Below, one piece after another: positions 1-10,400 of a DNA stretch of 64,000 nt. Source of the DNA: a virus. The notes beneath the pieces are model-generated. The model saw nothing but the letters and a program-made list of their open reading frames with translations. It was not told the origin of the DNA and did no database searches. The stretch covers positions 32,001-96,000 of the IMG/VR virus record IMGVR_UViG_3300032213_003144. One strand, given 5' to 3'. How positions within the stretch are numbered: position 1 is the first letter of the stretch; each line of letters begins with the position of its first letter. A program made the translations under genes and the position numbers.

Positions 1-2
1 AG

Positions 3-449
3 GTCTTCGCCACGTATAACCAAGAGCTTCCATTGGATGACAAGAGCCGCGTACAGCTCATCTATAAGTCCTGGTACGACTTACTCCATGACCTCAGCTA
101 CGCAGACTGTAAGGAGACCTTCCTCATTCTGGCTACCACCTCCACCTTTATGCCCAAGGCAGGGGAGATAAGACGTTCCACAATTAATAGGCATACAAAA
201 ATAGGGGAAACAGATGAACCCATTATTGCTTGGGGTAAATTCCAACGGATAATGGAAGACGCTAACGCAGGTGTGATGAATCAGCAGGAGCTCCAAGAGG
301 CCCTCATACTCACAGTGCGCAAGCTAGGGTCTGCCGGCGCAGGGATGCATACCAATGGGGACCGAGAACACTTCATCCGGGTATATGAAAAGACTGTGAT
401 AGAAATAGAAGGAGAGAAATATAAAGTCCCTCTCCGAATTGAGGAATAA
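3..449 (+). CDS. Replicative helicase loader/inhibitor-like (G39P-like) protein, 5' truncated by the window edge
   Basis: Frame is open from position 3; W-x-x-LL-x-DL-x-Y...F-M-P-x-x-G-E-I pattern resembles phage helicase loader/inhibitor proteins. Confidence 0.5.
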   Translation, partial: VFATYNQELPLDDKSRVQLIYKSWYDLLHDLSYADCKETFLILATTSTFMPKAGEIRRSTINRHTKIGETDEPIIAWGKFQRIMEDANAGVMNQQELQEALILTVRKLGSAGAGMHTNGDREHFIRVYEKTVIEIEGEKYKVPLRIEE

Positions 450-599
450 ATGTTTGGCTTTTCTATTTGGCAATTATTGTTGCTTATTCTTTCGTCTTCT
501 TTTATAGGGTCAGTTGCATACTCTCATAAAAGTTTCCTACATAAAGTGACCCTAATTGGGTTAGTAGTAGTTGCAATGAGGACATTCATCCTGAACTAA
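450..599 (+). CDS. Small membrane protein (49 aa)
   Basis: Read by hand: MFGFSIWQLLLLILSSSFIGSVAYSHKSFLHKVTLIGLVVVAMRTFILN; two hydrophobic stretches; ATG directly follows the upstream stop. Confidence 0.6.
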   Translation: MFGFSIWQLLLLILSSSFIGSVAYSHKSFLHKVTLIGLVVVAMRTFILN

Positions 600-608
600 A
601 TTCTGGGT

Positions 609-776
609 ATGAAACGTAACCCAGGCCGGCCAGTTGTAATCCCAGAGAAGCCAGTAGTAACGCTTACACTCAGGGTTACAAGAGAGTTCAAACAGAAACT
701 AATCAACCAATCATCAGCTGTTGATTTGACGCTCACCGCCTATATCCAGGCTTTGGTAGAGCGCGATGGGGCGTAA
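609..776 (+). CDS. Ribbon-helix-helix (Arc/MetJ-like) DNA-binding protein, 55 aa
   Basis: Read by hand: MKRNPGRPVVIPEKPVVTLTLRVTREFKQKLINQSSAVDLTLTAYIQALVERDGA; GRP motif, alternating beta strand TLTLRV, two helices; TAAATT-N6-ATG upstream. Confidence 0.72.
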   Translation: MKRNPGRPVVIPEKPVVTLTLRVTREFKQKLINQSSAVDLTLTAYIQALVERDGA

Positions 777-1110
777 GGCCAGCAAGACAAAATACACAGA
801 TAGATGGACAGGAATAACTCTCCGTCTAAAGGGTGATGTAAAAAATCAAATACTAGAAGCTGCAAATAAAAAAGGAATATCTGTAAATCAGTTTGTTCTT
901 TATGCAGTATGGGATTTCATTCAGAACGAAAAGGGAATCCCTTCGCCCGGAAATGCGCAGTTTGCTCTGCCGACAGTGCAGGAAGAAGTGCTTGCGTATC
1001 TGCGCGGGGAAACATTAATGAAACCGTGCGGAAAAAAAGATTGCCAACAAATAATTACCCAATTAAATGAGATGGATTTTTGTGGTACTTGTAATCTCCG
1101 AATTTTGTAA
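766..1110 (+). CDS. Ribbon-helix-helix (Arc/HicB-like) protein with C-terminal 4-Cys motif
   Basis: ITLRL...KNQILEAANKKGISVNQFV is a typical RHH; C-terminal CGKKDC...CGTC. Confidence 0.7.
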   Translation: MGRKASKTKYTDRWTGITLRLKGDVKNQILEAANKKGISVNQFVLYAVWDFIQNEKGIPSPGNAQFALPTVQEEVLAYLRGETLMKPCGKKDCQQIITQLNEMDFCGTCNLRIL

Positions 1111-1187
1111 GTGGTACATACAAGACTAGAAAAAAATTGAAAAACAAACGCGCGCGCAAACTTTTTGCCCTTTTTTTGCCTTTCTTT

Positions 1188-1535
1188 TCATCCTCCCCAC
1201 ATCTGTGCCAGTGTAGGTCTAGTAGGTTTTATCTTCCTTCTTCTTTGTTCTGCCGCTAGTTGTCGACTCGTCAACCCGGCCCAGACACCATGCATATCGG
1301 CAGGTGGAAACTCCAGTGCGTACTTCAAACACTCCCTGCGAACTGGGCATGACTTACAGATAGCTCTTGCCTGTGCAATGTAGGTAATGTCCTTATGTTG
1401 TTTAGGAAACATTAGTTCTGTCTTTCCTTTGCACCCTGCTAGTTTGAACCAGTCTTTTCTTTCTATATACAAAGACACAACAGGTGTGGAATCTTTTTTA
1501 TCCAATTCTTTTTGGGTAATTTTATTACTAGTCAC
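1188..1535 (-). CDS. whiB: WhiB-family Fe-S transcriptional regulator
   Basis: Four Cys (C...CKSCPVRREC) and GVWAG turn, followed by a basic C-terminal tail. Confidence 0.95.
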   Translation of the reverse strand: MTSNKITQKELDKKDSTPVVSLYIERKDWFKLAGCKGKTELMFPKQHKDITYIAQARAICKSCPVRRECLKYALEFPPADMHGVWAGLTSRQLAAEQRRRKIKPTRPTLAQMWGG

Positions 1536-1656
1536 TTGCTAAAGTCTCCTAAAAAGAGAGCATTCTTACTCCCTATAGGTAATTACTACTATGTAATTAC
1601 TGAAACTCAGTGTCAAGTGGTTTTAGGTATTTGGTAGGTGTGTTATGCTTTCTTTT

Positions 1657-1878
1657 ATGGATAACTTATACGCACAGGACAAGAAGACAATCCTTATGTA
1701 TGAACAGGAAGCGCTTAACTTTCTTATGGAGGGGAAGCAAATAACCCATGACGACATTGAGACAACCATTGAACAAAGCTCTAAGTACTCACTAGTACAG
1801 ATGACTGCCAACAACATGTTCCACACCAATAAGAGGCTTACCTGGAGTGATGTAGAGAACAAGAGAAGTACTCAGTAG
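1657..1878 (+). CDS. Hypothetical protein
   Basis: ORF track 1645..1878; extended -10 TGtTATGCT lies 7 nt before the in-frame ATG at 1657. Confidence 0.5.
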   Translation: MDNLYAQDKKTILMYEQEALNFLMEGKQITHDDIETTIEQSSKYSLVQMTANNMFHTNKRLTWSDVENKRSTQ

Positions 1879-1983
1879 TGTTTCTCTCCCCTAGTGTTAT
1901 TCTCCCTATGTAGGGGTAGGTAACTAAGAGGGATTTAAGAACGTGGATGCTTTAAAATAGCGGCGCGATGTTTTCGGCCTTAT

Positions 1984-2115
1984 TCAGTCCTCGTCTTGTT
2001 TAGTGTTGATTAGGTCTGAATCTTCAGATTCACCCATCTCAAAAAAAAGACCGAGCGCGACTATCACCATGATGATAACAGTGCCGATAATTGGGAAAAT
2101 CCATACTGGGCTCAT
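1984..2115 (-). CDS. Small single-pass membrane protein (43 aa)
   Basis: Read by hand: MSPVWIFPIIGTVIIMVIVALGLFFEMGESEDSDLINTKQDED; preceded by TGgTATTCT-N6-ATG. Confidence 0.6.
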   Translation of the reverse strand: MSPVWIFPIIGTVIIMVIVALGLFFEMGESEDSDLINTKQDED

Positions 2116-2130
2116 GTTCTAAGAATACCA
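2113..2130 (-). promoter_or_regulatory. Extended -10 leaderless promoter
   Basis: TGgTATTCT-tagaac-ATG. Confidence 0.55.
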
Positions 2131-2153
2131 ATATTTCTTTATTTACAAGTTAT

Positions 2154-2774
2154 CTATTTGGTTTTTTCTTGTCCCTGTACCAGTGTGTGGTACGGAGCAC
2201 CCGTGTATGGGTCGCACTTTGCTGCAATGGACATAGCCTTTATTGCTATCTTTCTTGCAATAGCTACTGTTAGCTTTCCTTTTGGCTGTATGGCAGAGAG
2301 GGCTCCTATGGCGTATTGAGCCCCAGTGCCCACAGCAAAGACTCCGCTGGAATCAGAAATCCATGAGTAATCACCGTCAATGATGTATATCGCTCCATTG
2401 ATAGCCATTACCACCGTAGATGAGTGCTCGGCTATATGAGTCTTGGAGCCATTCTCTGGTAATGCATAACCGTGTGATTCAAAGCATTCCCTTAAACTTG
2501 GGATAAATTTAGCTGTAACAAAGTGGTCAAGCTTCTTCCCTCGTAAAGTTGGTGTTGGATTCGGCGGCGTGAATGCATGATGCAGGATGTTTATTGCTCT
2601 TAAGTCGCCGGCGGCTCCAAGGATAAATCTGCCGTTTAGACCGATTTTCCCATTTGATTCTCTGAGGCTTGCTATCTGTGAAATGAGACCTTCATCGTCG
2701 TCCAGTGTTGATATGCGCGAGTCTGCGGTAATAACGCAAAACCCATCACCCTGGATGCCGATAATCGTTGTCAC
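2154..2774 (-). CDS. Ntn-hydrolase, proteasome-beta/HslV-like peptidase
   Basis: N-terminal MTTIIG (Thr nucleophile after Met removal), ADSR, GAAGD, AVGTGAQYAIGAL, D-PYTG motifs. Confidence 0.85.
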   Translation of the reverse strand: MTTIIGIQGDGFCVITADSRISTLDDDEGLISQIASLRESNGKIGLNGRFILGAAGDLRAINILHHAFTPPNPTPTLRGKKLDHFVTAKFIPSLRECFESHGYALPENGSKTHIAEHSSTVVMAINGAIYIIDGDYSWISDSSGVFAVGTGAQYAIGALSAIQPKGKLTVAIARKIAIKAMSIAAKCDPYTGAPYHTLVQGQEKTK

Positions 2775-3013
2775 TAGTCAGAGCCTTCCTCGGTATTCTT
2801 TTCTTCTTTGTTTCTATTTGCTTCCTCTAGAAGCGTAGACATAGCCTCGTAAGGGTCGAAACTATCACTTGATTTCTCCATAAATTCAAGTGTTGTTTTA
2901 CTTAATCCATAGAGCCATTCTCCGTCATTGGTTATACCCATAACTTCGATAAGACCTGCTTCCCTCAGAAAGTCGAGGTCTTGGATGATTGCTTCATTCC
3001 ATTCTTCGCTCAT
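2774..3013 (-). CDS. Hypothetical acidic protein
   Basis: ORF track 2774..3061; likely start MSEEW at 3013 overlaps the upstream stop (ATGA). Confidence 0.6.
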   Translation of the reverse strand: MSEEWNEAIIQDLDFLREAGLIEVMGITNDGEWLYGLSKTTLEFMEKSSDSFDPYEAMSTLLEEANRNKEEKNTEEGSD

Positions 3014-4224
3014 GCTCTGTATTCTTCTCCCCTGAATATCCCGTGTCCGCTGTAAATCCACATTGGTTCATAGAAGAATTCTTCTCCGCCGACACCAATT
3101 GGCTGGTATGTAACTACTCCGAGACCCTGTTGCCAGTTCTCCGCGCCCTGTAGTAATGGTCTGCCGAATTCATCCGCGCCAGACTTTACTGATGGGACTG
3201 CTCCGTCAATCCTACATAAGCAACCAGGACTTGCGGCCATGATTGTTCTTGGCCCCTTGTCTGTTCTCCTTGTTCTATAGGCATACTCGTTTCTGTGGAT
3301 ATGCCCGTAGATGACTGATATACGCTCGTTGTCCAGATACTTCTTCGTGGTCGAGTTATTTGATACGACCTTGTCGCCGTGTACAACCATGAGGTTTGTA
3401 TTGATGTAGTGGGCAGATTCTGGATATCCAGGCAGGTAATCAACCCCGAAATCATCCATTCTGCATAAATACGGAACGGTCATTACCGGCCATTCTGGGC
3501 GAAGCTCTCCTGGTTTAATCCCTCTGGTTATTCCGAATGCTGCTTCTGCGTTTGTTTGTATATACCGAGGTAGTCGCGCTTCGTGGTTTCCAGCAATCCA
3601 GGTGATTTTGGCTCGTGGGGCCGCTTCTCTGAGCTGGGCACATAGGTGGGTAGCTCTGTCGATTGCAGCCTGGGCCAGCATCTTAAATGGAGCCGCTGTT
3701 AGATATTTGCCAAATTCTGCAAAATCTAGGTTATCCCCGACCATTACAACCTGGTTAGGGTTCAATTTTTCGATAACTTTCAAAGCCACCGAGATTGCTT
3801 GCTCGTCGTGAATCGGTTCCATCTCGAAAGAATCAAGCGATTTACGGTAGTGACCTATCTGTATATCAGGTACGATTACAGCGGTCTCCCACCCAGTTGG
3901 CTTACTTACTTTTGTCTTTGTCTTTTGTACTTGTATTTTTGGTCCCTGAGATATGACTGGCCACTTTGGACCAGACTCCCATGTAGGTGAAATCCTTATG
4001 GCTGTTGTGGTTGAGGATTTCGGTTTTCCGTCTTTATCTGTTGTTGTTCTATGACTCAGACTTATCGACGCATCCGCGATGTCTTCAACAGGGATTCCCT
4101 TTTCTTTCAGAACGTCCGCAATATCCCCAAGAATCTTCTTTTTTGCAATAGCTGAATCGCTTTCTGCTTTTAAGGTTTTTAGCCGTGAAGCGAGATTGCC
4201 GTTCGGTGTCTTCTTATTTACCAT
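3010..4224 (-). CDS. Calcineurin-like metallophosphoesterase
   Basis: PDIQ, GDNLD, GNHE, HGD, GHIH motifs in the canonical order. Confidence 0.9.
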   Translation of the reverse strand: MVNKKTPNGNLASRLKTLKAESDSAIAKKKILGDIADVLKEKGIPVEDIADASISLSHRTTTDKDGKPKSSTTTAIRISPTWESGPKWPVISQGPKIQVQKTKTKVSKPTGWETAVIVPDIQIGHYRKSLDSFEMEPIHDEQAISVALKVIEKLNPNQVVMVGDNLDFAEFGKYLTAAPFKMLAQAAIDRATHLCAQLREAAPRAKITWIAGNHEARLPRYIQTNAEAAFGITRGIKPGELRPEWPVMTVPYLCRMDDFGVDYLPGYPESAHYINTNLMVVHGDKVVSNNSTTKKYLDNERISVIYGHIHRNEYAYRTRRTDKGPRTIMAASPGCLCRIDGAVPSVKSGADEFGRPLLQGAENWQQGLGVVTYQPIGVGGEEFFYEPMWIYSGHGIFRGEEYRA

Positions 4225-4507
4225 TTTTTGCTCCTAGCTGGTTGTGAAGGCAGCAGGTTTTTGCAGCTTCTGGGTCCTTGAGGCAGGTATTCCTTTTTTC
4301 TCCAAGAAATTCCCTACCTATAGAAATTCCTTCGCTATTTAATGTTCTTACTAATGACATGGTTGTAATGTTGCTTTTCAATACTTGGAGCAAGGCGTCC
4401 GCCGTGTCTTCGTCCAGGCCGGCAACTATCCGTCCAAGCTTGCAGTCCTGTCGTGAATTCTGTGTCTCCAATAGTTTCCCCAACGCGTCTTTTAACATGA
4501 GTTCCAC
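4214..4507 (-). CDS. Hypothetical protein (possible small helical DNA-binding protein)
   Basis: ORF coupled to the phosphoesterase gene. Confidence 0.6.
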   Translation of the reverse strand: MELMLKDALGKLLETQNSRQDCKLGRIVAGLDEDTADALLQVLKSNITTMSLVRTLNSEGISIGREFLGEKRNTCLKDPEAAKTCCLHNQLGAKNGK

Positions 4508-4644
4508 CTGCTAACCTTTCGTTATATGGCCGGTCTTCCGATAGCGACTACGCAAGATATCCCAGTATCTATTAGTACTGAGGCCCCCAATGTCGTCAGT
4601 ACTGATAGTACACCATCTAGTTACATGCGTGTGGTTATGTCGTC

Positions 4645-5085
4645 ATGAAAAATCAAAACTCAGAAAAAATAAAAAAAGCCCTCGAAGAGGCCATCCAGGA
4701 TAGTTCCTCAAATGGGGCCGATGCTGTTGAGCGAATACTCCGGACGCTAGACCAACAAAAAATAGTCAGATATCACAACGATGGGGACGTCAATCTTCTG
4801 TCCACATCTGGGAGGGTTTTGGTCTCGCTTATCGAGGACCCAACAATGACGATTAGGGCGATAGCGACATATCTTGGTTTGAGCGAAACAATGATTGATA
4901 AAACCGTTAAATCATTGATGAATGCAGGGCTGATTACAAAGACAAAAGTCAATCGACAAAATGTCTACAAATTAAATAAAAAAATTATTAATCAGCAGCT
5001 TGATATACGTCAGTTTTTACGCGCTATCAGTGAATTAAATGTTGAGAATATCCAGGAAGAGATAGGAAATTCGGACCCGTTCTAG
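4645..5085 (+). CDS. Winged-helix (MarR-like) DNA-binding protein
   Basis: VLVSLIEDPTMTIRAIATYLGLSETMIDKTVKSLMNAGLITKTKVNRQNVYKL is a wHTH pattern. Confidence 0.85.
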   Translation: MKNQNSEKIKKALEEAIQDSSSNGADAVERILRTLDQQKIVRYHNDGDVNLLSTSGRVLVSLIEDPTMTIRAIATYLGLSETMIDKTVKSLMNAGLITKTKVNRQNVYKLNKKIINQQLDIRQFLRAISELNVENIQEEIGNSDPF

Positions 5086-5097
5086 TAAATTACTGCC

Positions 5098-5544
5098 ATG
5101 GAAAATTGTAGAAACTCAAAGAGCCCTATAACTTTCTACGGAAGTGGTGCTTACGCGCTTCTTTGTTTTGGTAAGAGCGCTAGAAACGCGTTTTCGTCAA
5201 AGACTGCGGCAGATGTGCTCGCAGGTAAGTTTAGGGGTCCCAGTGACGTCCGTATCACGGCTAAACGGCTAGCAGAGTATGGACTGCTTAACGAGGTGTC
5301 TCACAATATGTGGATACTCACGCAACTCGGGGATGATTCCATATATGAGATAGCAGAAAACTTTAGGAGCCTGAGGGCGAGGAAGCTTGGCAAGACCTAC
5401 GTTGAAACAAAACTCAGGGAAATCAGGCTTGGTGCTTCATCTTCTATTGATGATTTCATGGACGACGAAATCCTTGAAGAGATGTATATCAAAACTCTGG
5501 ACGCAACAAAGAAAAAATCCTCAAAGAGAAAGCCAAGGCCTTAG
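5098..5544 (+). CDS. Hypothetical protein, possibly winged-helix
   Basis: RLAEYGLL...WILTQLG wing-like segment; TAAATT-N6-ATG upstream. Confidence 0.55.
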   Translation: MENCRNSKSPITFYGSGAYALLCFGKSARNAFSSKTAADVLAGKFRGPSDVRITAKRLAEYGLLNEVSHNMWILTQLGDDSIYEIAENFRSLRARKLGKTYVETKLREIRLGASSSIDDFMDDEILEEMYIKTLDATKKKSSKRKPRP

Positions 5545-5909
5545 TCGCGGCTAACTAGCCAGGCCTGAAATATCTCGTCATTCAACGGCATAAACCAAAG
5601 TTGTGAAGCATCTGGGTTCTTCATGTCACCAACAAGCGTCCAGCAAATTTCTAGTTCTTTATCGGCGTAGCACATGCCACCGTTACACTCCATCCCATAG
5701 CGGGTTATAAACCATCTAACGATACATTCGTTGTCTTCTGTCTTGCATTCTCCGGAGTCCTGATGGGGGCATAATATCTCTGAAACTTCTAGTTCCGACT
5801 TGTTTATCCGCAAGACTATTTTGTGTTTATCGTTATGCCAAATCTGTTCTGTTTCTGATTGCTTTTTTGACATCATCACCTTTGGATAAATTACAAAATC
5901 TATGTACAA
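5541..5909 (-). CDS. Hypothetical Cys-containing protein
   Basis: ORF with 6 Cys; start uncertain. Confidence 0.55.
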   Translation of the reverse strand: MYIDFVIYPKVMMSKKQSETEQIWHNDKHKIVLRINKSELEVSEILCPHQDSGECKTEDNECIVRWFITRYGMECNGGMCYADKELEICWTLVGDMKNPDASQLWFMPLNDEIFQAWLVSRD

Positions 5910-5985
5910 CTTTAAGCATTGTGGTGCAACAAAAAGGTATCACAAAAACGAGCGAAAATACAGCAAGGCCCTTTGTCTGTAACTA

Positions 5986-6315
5986 TTAAACAGTTTTTGC
6001 TAGGAGTCTTTCATCTATATCTAGAAGAACTTGGGCCCACTTATCGTCATAATTCCGTGAGAATAATGAAACCTCACCTCGAAGTTTTTCAGTTAGGCCC
6101 TTTTCGCATAGTTCCAAGAACATCTCAAAAAATGCTTCACTGTTGGTTCTAAGGTGAACTGTTTTTTGAGTGAGTGGATTGTTGATGTATACGTAGTCAG
6201 CATTGAATAGTGGGGTGATTATGTTGTAGTTCGAGTGCATTGCTGACTGTATTGCTATCTCTTCTGGAGACCGCTTATCGACAATTGCCACTTTCTTCTT
6301 TACTGGTCGGCTCAT
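5986..6315 (-). CDS. Hypothetical protein
   Basis: Translationally coupled downstream of the lysis genes. Confidence 0.6.
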   Translation of the reverse strand: MSRPVKKKVAIVDKRSPEEIAIQSAMHSNYNIITPLFNADYVYINNPLTQKTVHLRTNSEAFFEMFLELCEKGLTEKLRGEVSLFSRNYDDKWAQVLLDIDERLLAKTV

Positions 6316-6569
6316 CTTTTGTTCTTTTTCTTCTTTTCATAATGGCTCGGCTTGAATAAATCGACCCACTCATGTTCCCCAATGTGATTGTCTAGCTTTT
6401 GCGATATGGTATCAACGTCATCATCAATGCCTCTTATGTCTTCGCGTATGGCGTTTAGTGTCTCTTTGACAACCCCATGGTCTTTTATGTTTTCTCGTCG
6501 ACCTTTTTCAATAAGTAAAGCGAGCACACTGAATGCTCCAGTTACTGCGGCTGCCCAGACAATCTCCAT
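6312..6569 (-). CDS. Membrane protein of the lysis cassette (holin-like or lysis accessory)
   Basis: N-terminal TM helix, coiled coil ending LDNHI; directly downstream of the endolysin. Confidence 0.6.
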   Translation of the reverse strand: MEIVWAAAVTGAFSVLALLIEKGRRENIKDHGVVKETLNAIREDIRGIDDDVDTISQKLDNHIGEHEWVDLFKPSHYEKKKKNKR

Positions 6570-7318
6570 TAGAGGCCAAGCAATTCTTTTACTTTTGGAC
6601 CAACCACAGAGTCTGCTGCAAGCTTGTTCGCAACCTTAAATGCTTTTATTGCTGCGTCTGTTGCTGCGTCTTTCTGACCGTTGATTTCACCCTTATAGAA
6701 CCCCTTAGCCTTCAGGGCCTCTTGTAGAGCTTTGTGGTCGCTTGCTGCTGGTACCGCACTTGCAGCAGCCACCGGTGCGGCACCACCAATGAATGCCATA
6801 ACGGCTGGTGTTGGCTTGTCGCCAGTAACTAGACGAATGTGCCATGGCTCGCTTGGAACAACTTCCCAACTGAAACCAAAATCTTTAACGTTTGCGATGA
6901 GCCAGTTCAATCTCTTTGGCTCTGACGCGCTAGAAATATCAATGGCCAAACCGAGATTATGGTTCGACTTACCCGGTGTCGCCAGCATGGCCATACCTTT
7001 TTTCAGGTACCAGGTTTTTCCTTCAAACGTCTTCGTGCTTGTTCCTGCAACTGGTTCCAAAACGTAGCGCTGCTTGAAGCCCGCCAGTTGGCTCTCGTAT
7101 GTGCGATACAAATCGCCGGAACTCGTGGGTTTAAGTTCGACTCCATCTGCTTTGGCTTTTGCGACCATTGCGTTCCAAGCGTCTGCGGCTCGGTGGTGGA
7201 GTTTTCCTCCGGTTGGTATTGCTCTGAGCAATGATTCAGGCAGTTTTCCAGGCGTAACTCCTTTTAGGTCAGCGGGCATAATCATTGGAACAATATAATC
7301 CCAGGCAACTTTACTCAT
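6569..7318 (-). CDS. Endolysin: M15 (VanY-like) Zn peptidase plus C-terminal peptidoglycan-binding domain
   Basis: YR-x-Y-x-x-Q, ATPGKSNHNLGLAID, EPWH motifs; LQEALKAKGFY...T-x-AAIKAF...L-x-AD-x-VVGP matches PG_binding_1. Confidence 0.9.
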   Translation of the reverse strand: MSKVAWDYIVPMIMPADLKGVTPGKLPESLLRAIPTGGKLHHRAADAWNAMVAKAKADGVELKPTSSGDLYRTYESQLAGFKQRYVLEPVAGTSTKTFEGKTWYLKKGMAMLATPGKSNHNLGLAIDISSASEPKRLNWLIANVKDFGFSWEVVPSEPWHIRLVTGDKPTPAVMAFIGGAAPVAAASAVPAASDHKALQEALKAKGFYKGEINGQKDAATDAAIKAFKVANKLAADSVVGPKVKELLGL

Positions 7319-7402
7319 GTTAAGAAATCTCCAGAGTTAGGAGCGCATATATTCGGCGCTAATAGATTTTACAACATGAATACACTAATCATTGTGTACT
7401 AA

Positions 7403-10400
7403 CTAATCAGAGTCAGGTTCTTTCATGTGTAGATACATGGAACCAGCAAACGCGAGCAAGGTTCCCCAGAGGGCAATTTGTTGCGTTAGTCCAGAAAGAG
7501 TGAAGTACATGACCGTTGCACCGGCAAGTGTGAACCCAGATGCCATAATTCCGTAAACAAACTTTCTTGTAAAGTTCTTCCAGTCCATAACTCTCACTCC
7601 ATCCTCATATTTGTAAATAGATATCCGCTTAATCCAATCTGGGCCTTCGCCTTCGATTGCTCCACCCTCTTCTGTCTCTTCTTCTTCTCTCCGAGCCGCG
7701 ACATCTTGTCGTGGTGCAGAAGGTGCAGAAGGTCCAGGGGTTGGTATTCCACCAGCAGCAGTAGCAAGAGCCACAGTACTGGTCACCAAGTTTACCGCAA
7801 TTACACTTCGTCTCGTACCAACATCTATAGAAGAACCGAGTGCGACATACGTATCGAACACGCCGGCGAACACATTTATCTCTTCTTCAAATGATTCCTT
7901 TACATCGGTTGGTGCGTCGGTGAGTGCTTCTGAAATTGCGGCACCAGCTTCTTCTGAAACCTCAGCAACAACAATTGCGTTAAACACTGCGGATGCTTGT
8001 TCTCCGTCAATGCTTTCAAGAACCTTGGCGCTTGTTGCAAGTTCGGTTGCTTGACCCGACTCAATTCCACCCTCTTGCTCAATCACCAATGTGACGACTT
8101 GTGCAACTTGCTCACCCGTAATCGTGTCTGATTCAAGGACATCCACGATGACTCTGACTGATTCGGCATTCAGTTCGCCATCTAATACAGCGGTAAAAGT
8201 TTCAATCAAAACCTCAGTGCTTACTTCTTCATCAAAGACTGCGCCAAGAGCAGCGCCTAGATTCTCTGCGGTTAGACCGTCCTTCAACACATCAACGATG
8301 AGGTCAATGGTTTCTGCATCCGATAGGTCGCTGTCAAAAACATTGTCAAATACCGCTTCTGCTTCTGACGCGCTCAAGTTTGTTTCAAGCAAGTCTCCAA
8401 GCACTGTCTTGGTGTCCTCAACGGAAATGTCTTCGTCAAATACTGCACCCATGACTTTTGATATGTCTGCACCACTTGCTGGACCATCAAAGATTGAACT
8501 GAGTGCGGAAACCATGGCTTCTGGGGATGTTGTTTCTGAGAATGCGGCATCAAGAACTTTGTCAAACTCTTTGTCGCTAAGGTCGGCACCAAGCATTGTT
8601 GTTAGTGCTTCAGTGAAAACTTCACTAGAGACATCTTCCGAGAAAACTGCATCAAGAACTTTTGTGAATTCTTTATCGGTCAAGTCTGCCTCTAGGAAAG
8701 AATCAATAACGGCACCAACATCTGCGCCGGGTTCTTCAAGTGAACCAAGGGCCGCGTCTACCACTGCGTCAAACTGTTTTGGTGTTAAGTCGGCATCAAG
8801 GAGTCCATCAAGTACGGCAGTCACTTCTTCCGATGATGCATCTGGGGTGAAGGCATTATCCAAAATACCTGCAAGGTCACCTGTGGATATTGCTTCTCCT
8901 GCATCTGGGAGGGTAACCTCATCTGATGGAATTATTACTACTACCGTTTCGGGTTCTGTTCCAACTGGTGGAATTACTATTCCTGGCAGTGCGGTTTCTG
9001 GTTCTGTTCCTACGGGAAGCGTCACCGTTGTGGATTCTGTTTCAGGCTCTGGCAATTGCGGCAGTGGCACTGTTGTATCGTCTGGGGGAGTCACGACGAC
9101 AGGAGAGACGCTTGTACTGGTCGTCCCAGTATCAACAGGTGGAATAATAACAACAACTGGCGGTACATAAACGGTAGTTGTAGTTGTAGTTGGAACAGTA
9201 GTGGTAGTCGTAGTACTGGTAGTACTGGTTGTACTGGTTGTAGTAGTAGAAGAAGTAGTTGTAGTGGTTGTGGTAATTGTGTTACCAGACTCCGCATACC
9301 CAGAGCCCGAGAAATTGTTTGTGTTGGCAGAAGTATTACCAAATGTATTTCCACTGGCTGTAGAGAACGAGTTCGCACTTACTCCGTTGTATACCGAAGA
9401 GCCGGTATTCCAATTGTTGGCAAACTGAATAGCAGTCGTATTGCCATTGAATGTATTACCTGAAACCGTTTGGTTGCCAGCACCAACCGCCCAACCCGTC
9501 GGAATCCATGAAGAGAAATACACGCCTGTACCATTTGAAGTAAATGTTGAGTTAGTTACCTGCTGACGGTTAAGACCGCCTAGTTCTGCACCAACCTGTG
9601 TGTTGCTAATAAATTGGGTGTTGTTTATTTTGAAGAATCTTTCTCCAGATATTCCATAAGTATTATTAGAAAAAACCGAATCATAAACATATGTGCGGTT
9701 TGTGTAATCGGAATCCGTTTGGCTTAAAGCCGATGGCGTCGAACCATAGTCTCCAGCAATACCGACATATAGATAATCAAATGTTGTATCCGTGAGGGTA
9801 GAGACAGAACCTCCTCCATTATTAAACACGGCAGAGCCTGCTGTCATTCCCGTGAAGCGAACATCGGTTGCAGAGAAGGTGCCTGCACCGTTATTCACAA
9901 GACCGCCGTTTGTGGCTTGCCCTTTTTTTAGTGTCATGTCCGAAATCGTCAACGACTTACCAGATGAGATATTGAATGGGCGATACAAATTGTTGCCATC
10001 AATAATGGTGGAAGTTAAACCAGCACCAGTGATTGTCAAGTTGTCCGAAATTGCAGGCAGAGCAGAAGTAAGCGTGATTGTTCCGGTGTTGCCTGAAGCA
10101 AAAGTAATGGTATTAATAGTGGCTGAAGCGTTCGCCGTAGTAATAGCCCAACGCAAAGAGCCCGAGCCCGAAGTATCTAAAAGATTTGTAACAATGACAG
10201 ATGTTGGGGCAGGAACCGTGATGGACGCAGCCGAGTTTGCCGTTAGTGACCCAATTGAGTTTGTTTTAGTTACGCGGACTCGTATTTGTTTCGCAACATC
10301 ATCTGAACCAACCGCATATGTTGAGGATGTTGCGCCAGATATATTTGTCCAAGTACACGAAGAAGGAGTACAGGATTGCCACTGATAGGTTGTCGCAGTT

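Noticed and set aside
1128-1190. Intrinsic terminator between the RHH gene and whiB (A-tract, CGCGCGCG, T-tract)
   Set aside because: Position is plausible but no convincing GC stem-loop could be drawn
8091-10385. Long + strand ORFs (359 aa, 197 aa and others)
   Set aside because: Antisense shadows of the 1391-aa gene; Ser/Thr-rich with no recognisable motifs
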